64,000 bases of DNA from Spizellomyces punctatus DAOM BR117 (taxonomy: Eukaryota), in the NCBI GenBank assembly GCA_000182565.2, contig KQ257451.1. The stretch is one strand, 5' to 3'. Within the stretch, counting starts at the first letter, position 1; each line of letters starts with the position of its first letter. The notes below the pieces were generated by a model. The model was not told the DNA's origin. It ran no database searches and was given only the letters and a program-made list of their open reading frames with translations. Shown one piece after another: positions 54,570 to 64,000 of the stretch. Both the position numbers and the translations under genes were made by a program.

Positions 54570-56340
54570 TTCTTCAGCTTCTGGAGTCGATGGGATGTCC
54601 TTTGGATTTTCCCCTGGATATCCTGATAGCGTAGTGCGCTCGGCACTTTCTTGCCTTTACTTTAAAGGTAGCGTATCTGGCTTTCGTAGCCTGTGTGCTG
54701 GCGATCTGTGGTGCTGGGGGTGATGACTTCAATTCTTTCCCCGTCTTATCGACCATGGTGAAAACAGCGCCTCGCTTTACGGAGCGGGGTTCACTCTAGC
54801 CAGTGCCTTGTCTGACCCATAACAGATCGTCAGAGCACAGTGTTCTCATCTTGTGCTTGTCAACCTCAACTGATCACGATCTTTATTTTCTTGTAAAGGT
54901 GGCGTGGGACTGCGTGCCCAACTTGTTCACGATTGCCCCGAAGCCATTCCGCTCGCTGTTCAGGTAGGCTTCGACCCTCTCATGGATAAGGTTGCACGTT
55001 GGCCGAGGATGAAGCTATTGTTTCCAATTCGCAGTTTCCACCGAAAGGGGTTCGCCTCTAATGCTGGCACAAGTACCTTCCTTGGATGTCTGAGGCCATA
55101 TGTGCAACCTTCGTTCCTTCTCATCATACAGATGATGTGCTGATGATTTCACTGGGTGCTTAGGTATCCTTTTTTCCTTGTTTAGACACGGCACGGCATG
55201 TACAGCTCCATGCTGCAATACCTTTCGCATTCTGATACACGACGCTCGGGCCGACGGTATCCCAACCTTCAGAGCCTGGTGGACTAGGGTGGTGCTCAAG
55301 CTTGTGACTCCAGCAACACATCCGGGTAAGGGGTTCGCCCCTTGCTATTGACGCTGGGACAGGCTCCCACATAAGCACATCAAACGCCTGAAAGAGGCGC
55401 AGGGCGCAAGCTCTGGTGGGTTATCAGAAATTCAGGCGCTGGGCTTGCTCGATGATGCTTTGTGCACAGAGTTGGGACCAGTTGCCTTTGAAACAGGCCC
55501 ATGTGCGGCAAACCGTTAAGTGCAATTCACAAGCCGACTTGCGAGTCGGACATGAGTGGGATGCTCTGACTGCCACCCTGGTTCCATTTGCTGTGTCGTT
55601 GGGATATCTTCCGCCTAAAAGTTGTCTGGGGTGCAGCGTGGTTGGTCTGGTTACATCTTGTGTGTACGTGTTTAGTTAACCCATGCCCAGTCCCAGTACA
55701 AGCACGCTCCTCAGTATGGACGCTACCTGTTGAGCTGGTTAGACTCATTGCTATGCTCATAGACTCCATCTGTGGGACGCTTATAACATACCTCAAAATA
55801 GTAAGTATTACCTCTAGGATGGCATGACTTGATCAATTAGAGATCATTTTACTCGCCACCGCAACCGTTGTATACTTTTCTATGAGAAGCTGAGCATTGG
55901 TCATGTCCATTGGGGGACGGATTCCGGACAAGCATACCGCGTTGAATATCGTGGGTGCAGGTCACTGATCTCGATTTCACATTCTTTATCGTTACTTCCC
56001 TGGGACTGGGTACGACACCTTTTGGAGAGTGGTGCTCTCTGAAAGCCGGGGCCGGTTGCGGTTGATCCTTGCAGCTCCTAGCCGTGAAGGGATTGCAAAG
56101 GCACTGTTTCTTCGCCGGGATAGAGTGAAGTAGGGTTTGAGGAGTGTTGTCAGGACTTCTGCGCAATAGGCATGTAAACCCCTTTTCGCGGACAAGGTTG
56201 TGACAGGACTACATTTAGTTCTGTCTCTGGTCCTGTGCTGCTGATACTGAACAACGTTGTGTGTTTTGAAATGTTTGGTATGGAGTGTGTGTTGGGCGTT
56301 TTGCGTTTATTTACCATCGCTGTGAGAACAGGCATTTACA
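54570..56340 (-). mobile_element. Possible heavily decayed pogo/Fot1-type (DDE_1) transposase remnant
   Basis: Stop-riddled minus-strand frame IIEQAQRLNF**PTRACALRLFQAFDVLMWEPV...GWDTVGPSVVYQNAKGI loosely matches the DDE_1 motifs LQPLDV..F.P and AW..V.P..I...F...GI; no clear TIRs. Confidence 0.3.
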
Positions 56341-56515
56341 ATTGCCATCTTGCGCTGGGTGGTGTTTGTGGTTCTAAACTATTTATTGTAGTGTTTATGA
56401 CTAGTGTTTATAATTGTTCGTGGTGGATGTACAAGGATTATGTATCTACTACTCTGTCGTGCAACATTGGAAAGGAAATATGATACAGAAATAGCGATTC
56501 GCTTCACACCACTTA

Positions 56516-59500
56516 CTACGACGCACCAGACAGAACCTCCTTGGCAATCTTGCCGCCTCTTCGCACCGCTTGTTCATCTACGTTCTTCCCCCCAACTTCG
56601 TAACCCTCGCGTGCCCATCCCTTGATAAAGAAACCCAAGCCTTCTCGGACGTTCTCGTTAGTTAATGCTCGGTTGAGAACTTGGCGTAAACCGAGCTCGC
56701 TTTGAGCTAATGTTGTAAAAAGAGTGGACAGAAATAGTTTGAGGAATAGAATTTGGAGGGGCGCGAGGGAGGTATATGTGAGTGCCTACATGGTGAAGTA
56801 CATAAATTTCAGAAAATTAGTGATGATAAAAATTGCCAGGAAATACACACCTTCAGGGCCGTCAGCGTTAGACCATTCGTCCCGATAAGATGTGCGTAAA
56901 GTTTGGCCATATTTGACACCGTTCGTACATCCATTCCTTCGCCTTCCTCTCCAGCTCCTGCTGCCATTGCCTTGAATGCGTCCCAAAGTGCATATTGAAA
57001 TGTAACCTTGAAGCCGTGTGCATGTTGACATACTTTCTGAGCGACGAGTGCATAATATGGATTGTACACGCGTTCTTGGCAGCAACAGTGAACGAGCACC
57101 CTGACGATTTCTCGTTCTTGTTTGTCCTTCAAATTCAATTTGAGCAGTCGTTCGAAAGCATCCACACAATCTTCACTGCTCATTAGGACGATAAACACAC
57201 TGCGCCGAACGTCAGTGTTCATTTTTTGCGCCTTGGCGAGGCGCAATAAATCGTCCTTGGTATCCGCGGCTGTCGTTCTTTGAACGTCGCTGTCACGAAG
57301 TCCGCCCTCGGCGTCAACAGAACCATCGTGTCCAGCCCAAGCTGAGCCCACCAGCCACCATTTCCCCTTGGTCTTTACGGATCGGATATCTGCTAATCCA
57401 ACCCTAAGGGGTTCTGTATTGTGAACATATCTCTTACTTGCTAGATTTGTCACAAACTTCTTCAATCGCTCTTGCTGGGTGCTCTCTCCGCCAGAGGAAA
57501 TTCCTTTCTTTTGCAATTTCCGTTTGTTGTTTTTGAGATCCATTATTGTTTCCACCATAAACTTGAACCTCGTACTGGTACTTCCCACTTCTCGCTTCTT
57601 GACTTCTTCTTGAATCGTCAGGACAATGTCTTTCAGGGCCAACGGATCGTCCGCCCGGAGCTGAAACCCGCAGATCCGCAGCATCTTCAATAGTATCTCG
57701 ACATCCAGCTCGGATAATTCACTGATGGTCATTCGCACGATGTCGTAGATCAGGACGCATGCAACCACTTCGAAATTGTACAGGTATGCCAGTAATATGA
57801 CCAAATTTGTGCATCGCTTGCTCTTGGCCTCTACGCCATCAGGATCCTTTTTGTATCCTGCCAAATACTCTGCTCGAGACTGTTCGAAAAGCTCCACGAT
57901 CGTTTGAACTATGTGCGCTCCAAACTCCACGCCGATTACGTTAAACAGCGTAGCAATGAACGCAGCGTACGTCAGTACAAAGGAATCCAGAAGATTTGCA
58001 TGGTCACCGACAAACGCGACAATAGAGTCAGTCAAAATTTCTGTAACGTCGTGCCGGCTATTGTTTCGGTAGCATTCCTCAATGCTAACGAAAATGGACT
58101 CCATGTTTGCATCGCTCAGTCGGTTCAACAATCCTTGTATCTGTCGCTTCAGGCGTTTATATTGCTCGCTTTGATTTTCAGACTGTTTGCGCAAATGTGG
58201 CGGAACGTATTTCGCCGTCGTAGCCACGTTGGCATCAGTTTGTTCCACACTTTGCTCAAAGTTCTCAGACTGATCATTATCATCACTTTCCCCGGCCAGT
58301 TGTAAGCCATCCTCATCCTCATCCTCGTGGTCACTCTCGTTCTCGCTTTCCGCATCTTGAAGGGATGCATCAACTTCAGGTATCTCGCTCTCATCTGATT
58401 CCTGTCCATCAAAACCCTCGTCAAAACCCTCATCATCAGACTCATCAGAGTCTCCTTCATTTGGAGAGACCGAGCCTTCAATTCCATTTATACCCAGCTC
58501 CGAATCTCTATCAAAATCTGAATCGTCCTCCTCCTCATCCAAGCCCTGTTCACTGCTGTCATTCCTGCGATTCTCAGCCCAGTCCGTTGCGAAGTCTTCG
58601 TCATCCGACTTTATAAAATAATGAAATGAGTACCCGTGTCTCGAAGTGCCGCCAGAAAGAAGTGGAAGTTTACCTCGCCTCCGCCCATGAGCCCTTTGAA
58701 AAGAACTAAGGAAGAGTATAGGTTAGCCCGCTGTACGGAACACAGTCAAAGCAAGAAGCCCACCAACTTACAATCAAGACCATCCTCACTGAATGCTGAA
58801 GGCATCTTCTTCTGATCCTTGATTCCCAATTTTTTAGCATATTTGGCAATTTGCTCTTCGTCAGCACTGAACGCTGACTTTGTCACATCCCCCACAACCA
58901 GTCGTTGTTCGCTCAGCAGCCGGTAAAAGTTCGGATTATTTTTGGCGAGTCGTTCCAATTGACGCTTTTCGGTAGATGGGTCATTTGTTTTGACCTGGGT
59001 CGGTGGTTTTCTAGCCGCTTTCGGCGGCTCAGATACTATCTGAAGTTTGGGTTTCTTTGGGATATCGTCGTGCTGGATTGGCCCTTGCTTTCGCTTCTAT
59101 CCATTGTGTTCTTGGCTTAGGACTTGTTCAAGAGCCGCGATGTTTCAATTTTCAACGCAATACATATCCTCACCTTCGTACCAGGCTCCACTTCTGTTGG
59201 AGGTTGTGTCTTCCGTCCGTAGTGGGCCGAAATTCTCTGCTTCTTCTCTTGCCGCTGCTGTTTACGGTCTGCCTTCCTTGAAAAGGCCTTCTTATTGAAG
59301 CGTAACGCAAAGCGCTGTTCAAGTTCTTTGTCTCCACTACCATCTTACGGTTCGGCACAACAGAAGATACGAGGAAGCGTGAGTTCCAAGCGACATACGA
59401 GCTTGACGAAGGCGCTGCATGTCCATACCAACAGTTCGACTTTCTAACTGGTCACTTAAGCGAGCGGGCAGCTTGGTCGTGTCGTCCGGCTGTCTCCGCC

Positions 59501-59567
59501 CTTTAGCATGACCTCGAGCTTTGAACCCGCCCCGACCTCTTGAACTTCTGTTCACCGAGGATCTCAT
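56516..59567 (-). CDS. SGD1: Sgd1/NOM1 nucleolar MIF4G + MA3 protein
   Basis: KYVPPHLR; IQGLLNRLSDANM; GFQLRADDPLALKDI; RFKFMVETIMDLKNNK; KGKWWLVGSAW; MNTDVRRSVFIVLMSSEDCVDAFERL. Confidence 0.95.
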
Positions 59568-59734
59568 AGCAAGTTTAACCATAGATGATGTATCAAGTTC
59601 AACATTTTTGGCCAAAAACAATTCAGTGGCACAGCGTGGCACGGCAGTCATGTCCAGACCCACGGACGTACTGATAGATCCGACAGAGCGATCGCCTGCC
59701 TGACGTTTCCAACATTTTGCTTTAACGACGCAAC

Positions 59735-60851
59735 ATGTCTCACAAGCCTCGGAGTATGCCCGTCGGGCAGCGCAATATTCTGCGTCCTAATGACTCGGCT
59801 TCTCTGTGGAACTGTACTCTATCTCCAGGTCGGATTCACAAGACCATTTTGTCATTCAAGTACGATATGTTATTGCTTATCCTTTTTCTTTGAAGGCTGG
59901 ACGCGGGAGGAGTCTGATATTCTTCGAAAAGCGCTGATGAGATTTGGGGTCGGGAACTGGAAGGACATTATGGAGTCTGGGTGCCTTCCAGGAAAGACGA
60001 ACGCACAGCTGAACTTGCAAACCCAGAGACTTTTGGGCCAGCAAAGCACGGCTGGTAAGTCACAGGGACGGCTTGTTTGATGCATTGAGTCCCAGAAAGT
60101 ATGCAATATGGATGTGTAACATCGCTCATCCTCATAACATAGAATTTCAGATGCTCCATATCGACCCTCTTGTCATTGGGGAAAAAAATGCACAAATACA
60201 AGGAGAGCATGTGAAGCGAAAAAATGGGTTCATTGTCAATTCAGGAGGTTCGTAGATTGAACCATGCGATATCCTTGACTCAGAATCTCTGACTATTGAA
60301 TGATAAAGGGAAATTGTCGCGGGAGGAGAAGTTGCGTAGAATAAAGGAAAACAAGGAAAAGTAAGTAGTGGACGGAGTCCAATCAAACCCCACCTGACCA
60401 GGGTCACTTATAATACCTTATAGGTATGAACTTCCGGAGGATGTATGGAGCAAGATAGACCTTCCCCGACGCGATGATGTAAGTTTTCACCTCTCCAGAA
60501 CTACCTTGAATGAGAACATTGATTTGCCCTGCTTGCCCTGCTCTCTGACTGATATGATCCTAGCCGGTAATACGTAGGTGTTTGATTGGCCCTTGCATAT
60601 TCATCGAGAAGTTTGAAGTATGACTGATCACATGTTCATAATGCGCAGTGCTTGAACAGAAAGAGCGACAGTTGGCAGAAATGCAGCAAGAGCTCATCAA
60701 GGTGCGGGAATGGATTCAGGATAGACGAACAGAAGTAACAAAAGATGCCAAAGCATTGTCGCTGGAGCTGGACTCCTTTGTCGAGAATGACGAGAATCTT
60801 GATATAATGGAAGAAACATCGAGAGGCAAGCGGATAAAACGATCACCATAA
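59735..60851 (+). CDS. p1 (AMTP1)-like HTH/Myb subunit of the MTA1c DNA N6-adenine methyltransferase complex
   Basis: Spliced product SLWNCTLSPGWTREESDILRKALMRFGVGNWKDIMESGCLPGKTNAQLNLQTQRLLGQQSTAEF..HID...RKNGFIVNSG..SREEKLRRIKENKEKY, matching the ciliate p1 N-terminal domain as I recall it. Confidence 0.8.
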
Positions 60852-61014
60852 CTAGGATCCTGTACATAGAATAGCATACGTAGCAAAATGACGGTTTCCC
60901 AGAACTCTCCAACAAGCGTTGCGAGAACAGTGTGAAGAGGATTTTTATTACCATCCAGTCGCTAGATTTGTGTGGGGACGCTGTATGCTTTGTATGTCGG
61001 TCGCAATATGTCAT

Positions 61015-61596
61015 CTATACCCTCAGACGTTGCTCTTCCTCCAAAATTGATGCCACCCAATCTGCTGCCTCCCGGCCCGATTGAAGATCCCTAGTTCGTG
61101 TCCTGTAATCAAGCAACATCTGTAAGAACCAAATCCAATGAATTTTGCACAAGATCGACGTGACGATAAACCTTGCAGGAAGTTGGAAGAAGTCAAACTC
61201 CGTCTGCAAATCCCAGTAAAGACCAAACCTAGAAAGGGGTCAGTACTTAATTCAGCAGTGAAATAACAAGAGATGTACGAACCGGTCGAGTCGGTCAATA
61301 GACAGGTCCCGGACGAGATTCGCCTCGAGGTTCACCTGCACATGCGCGTGAGTTTGAGTCAGGTTGGCACTAGACCAAAGCGCCAGATCACAGGCCTCAC
61401 GCACCTTTTCTTGCGCAACCTTTGCGTAGTCAAAGAGCATATCCAGGACCTTCTCATCAACCTCAGCCTTTGTGTAGTGTTTTGGTGGGGCGATAGTTTT
61501 TTGGTATAGAGTTCTAGTAAAGGGAGACAGTGGAGCGACGAATGCTCGAGGAGAAATAGCAGCCACACGCATAGGAGCCGCAAAGAGCGAACGCAT
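61015..61596 (-). CDS. Mitochondrial acyl-carrier-protein-like paralog lacking the Ppant-acceptor serine
   Basis: Presequence MRSLFAAPMRVAA; ACP-like EVDEKVLDML...EANLVRDLSIDRLDR..DLQTEFD..LP...LQSGREAADWV. Confidence 0.7.
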
Positions 61597-61762
61597 GTTG
61601 AAGTTCAGTGTGTAAGCGAGCCGGTGAATGTGGAGGTCAGTAGCAAATCTCGAACGAGAGTTGGTTTGGGGACATCAAGCACGAGTGTCATAGCAACACG
61701 CGACGTGCCCAAACTTCCAACGCAACTTTCACGCAGCTTGCCATTTTTTATTTAATGAGGCC

Positions 61763-63067
61763 ATGAGTAAGGAACGGTCGCCTACAATGGCGCAAGCTTT
61801 ATTGGTGCGTTCGGGATATCAAAGATGGTCAGTGTGTCTCTTTCATTTGATAACAATCAGTTGCCGTAGGCAGGCGGACTTGCTGGGACCGCTGTCGATG
61901 TTGCCCTCTTCCCTCTTGATACAATAAAGACTCGGCTGGTGGGTAATGTGCCTTTACCATTTGCTGAATGGACTGCACTGTGTTACCACGTTTTGAGAGT
62001 CATGACACTTTAAAGTACGCATTAGCAAACTAAGGGAGGTTTTTGGGCCTCAGGAGGATTTTCCGGAGTGTACTCTGGTCTATCGTCAGTAGTAATAGGA
62101 TCAGCACCGGGAGGTATGCGACGAGTCACCCTGTCCTGAATTTGATTACTATTATGATAATCGTAACTGTCCATCCTTACAGCTGCCGCTTTTTTTGTGA
62201 CTTATGAATATCTGAAACGGAAGCTGGCCAGTGCGCTGCCTGGGCGAAACCGCGAACCGTTGGTGCATATGATTGCTGCATCCGGTGGAGAAGTTGTAGG
62301 TCTACTTATTTTAGATCCGACATCTTTGCGGGGTTATGAATTTTTGAATCAGGCCGCATGCTTTATTCGCGTACCAACGGAAGTTGTCAAGCAGCGAATG
62401 CAAACTGGCCAGTATCGAAGTGTATCGCTAGCCTTGACATCTATAATGAAGTTGAATGGAATACGAGGTTTTTATCAAGGCTACTCAATGACAGTTTTTC
62501 GCGAAGTCTGTTTTCCTTTTCTGCTCCTTCATATATTCATTGTTTTCTGATCAATAACCTAACACCAGATTCCATTCACATGCATCCAATTTCCGCTATA
62601 TGAGCGATTTAAGGTTGGTCTTCAACGTCCGGCCGTCTGGTGCATATGTCTATACCCACTATTCCTACGAACAGAAAATATGGGCTGACTGGGAGGGTAG
62701 ACCAGTGTATCCGTGGGAGGCGGCCCTATTTGGGTCAGTTGCTGGAGGAATTGCGGCCGCGTTGACGACGCCTCTGGACGTTGTTAAGACGAGGATCATG
62801 CTCTCCACAAAGGTAACAAAACCAGGTGTATTTGTGAAAAGCTGTTTAACAAACTGACTGTTTTTTTAACAGAGAGGAGGCGCCGTTGGTATATTGGAGA
62901 CGTTTCGTGCAATTGTCGCAAAGGAGGGTGCGCGAACGCTTTTTTCTGGTGTCGGGCCGCGGGTTATATGGATATCGATCGGAGGTAGCATCTTCCTGGG
63001 CGTTTATGAAGCGGCGATGAACCTACTGGTGGATGGTAGACTGAGTGCTCATTCGTTCGACCTGTAG
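61763..63067 (+). CDS. SAM5: Mitochondrial S-adenosylmethionine carrier (SLC25A26/Pet8)
   Basis: [82 protein letters not shown]. Confidence 0.93.
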
Positions 63068-63230
63068 TCGAATGCATAAGTGTAGAGCATGACATCAATT
63101 AGAGTGTACCATGTCCATAGTCCACCAGCCCTAATAGAGACAAGCTACACCGCAAATGTAGATAAACAAACTTCGAGTGTTTATTAAAATTGTCATGGAC
63201 AACGCTTCTAGACAAGTGTATACGATTTGC

Positions 63231-64000
63231 TTAAATGAGACCCTTCGCTACCGCTACCTCGGCATTCATGATACTGCTTCCTGCAGCGCCCAAGATGGTG
63301 TTGTGGGAGAGTAGCGAGAACTTAACATCGAAGATGTTGCACTTTCGTACCCGCCCAACCGCGACAGTGTTTCCATTTCCGATCATTATGTCCATTCGTG
63401 GCTGCGGTCGATCAGCCTCTTTCATCACAACGACCGCATGTTCAGGTGCCGATGGGACACCCAACTTCTGTGCATCCGATGTGTAGGATTGTAGGGCCTC
63501 GATGATCTGTTCGATCGATGGTGCTGGGCACTTTTGGAACTCCACCATGACGCTTTCCATATGTCCATCGATGACAGGGACACGGTTGCAGCTTGCCGAC
63601 ACCTTCATCTCTGGCAAATTTGAGAATCCAGTTAAATCTGCAGTGACCCCTCCGAGGATTTTGGAGCATTCGATTTCTATCTTCTCTTCTTCGCCGGATA
63701 TGTACGGCACAACATTACCCAGGATATCCAAACTCGGCACACCTGGATACCCAGCTCCGGAGATCGCTTGCATGGTAGTGACAACCACGCGAGAGAGTGG
63801 ACCAAAGGCATCTTGGAGAGCCTTCAATGGAACGACGAGACCAGTGGTGGAGCAGTTTGCGTTTGTGATGATGAAGCCTTTGCTCAGTCCGTGAACCTTG
63901 CGTTGATGTGCAATGACGTCAAAATGGGATGTATTAACGAGGGGAACAATGAGAGGAACAATAGGGTCCATGCGATAGTTCTTTGCATTTGAGAATACAG
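63231..64000 (-). CDS. HOM2: Aspartate-semialdehyde dehydrogenase (3' part)
   Basis: NANCSTTGLVVPLKAL; TMQAISGAGYPGV; SASCNRVPVIDGH; LSHNTILGAAGSSIMNAE. Confidence 0.96.
   Translation of the reverse strand, partial: VFSNAKNYRMDPIVPLIVPLVNTSHFDVIAHQRKVHGLSKGFIITNANCSTTGLVVPLKALQDAFGPLSRVVVTTMQAISGAGYPGVPSLDILGNVVPYISGEEEKIEIECSKILGGVTADLTGFSNLPEMKVSASCNRVPVIDGHMESVMVEFQKCPAPSIEQIIEALQSYTSDAQKLGVPSAPEHAVVVMKEADRPQPRMDIMIGNGNTVAVGRVRKCNIFDVKFSLLSHNTILGAAGSSIMNAEVAVAKGLI

Noticed and set aside
54475..56466. TGTTGC...GCAACA ends suggesting an LTR or TIR boundary
   Set aside because: Only about 7 bp of inverted match and flanks CTCGA/TTGGA are not a target-site duplication
59735..63067. Proximity of the 6mA subunit p1 to a SAM carrier suggesting a methylation gene cluster
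   Set aside because: The carrier is mitochondrial and p1 is nuclear; no MT-A70 gene nearby; adjacency is most likely chance

Overview
Gene-dense, intron-rich eukaryotic DNA with short, mostly GT-AG introns of about 50-100 nt. Fungal-type housekeeping genes sit alongside flagellar/centrosomal genes (TTC29, CCDC40, SPAG8, SSX2IP/ADIP, STK36/Fused), which points to a zoosporic early-diverging fungus (chytrid; a Spizellomyces-like species is my inference). About 31 protein-coding genes, two identical tRNA-Glu(UUC) genes and one probable intronic box C/D snoRNA are recognisable. Genes alternate strand almost perfectly, forming about 14 head-to-head pairs. Most notable: (i) a p1/AMTP1-type subunit of the MTA1c N6-adenine DNA methyltransferase complex; (ii) a mitochondrial ACP paralog whose phosphopantetheine-accepting Ser is replaced by Arg; (iii) a snR51/SNORD41-like snoRNA in an eIF3d intron; (iv) unusually long, highly structured introns in RPL26 and WDR82/SWD2; (v) a fungal DONSON; (vi) a ~2 kb gene-free segment that may be a decayed pogo-type transposon. 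Gene spans include introns and exon boundaries were read by eye. Homology calls come from remembered family motifs, not from database searches.
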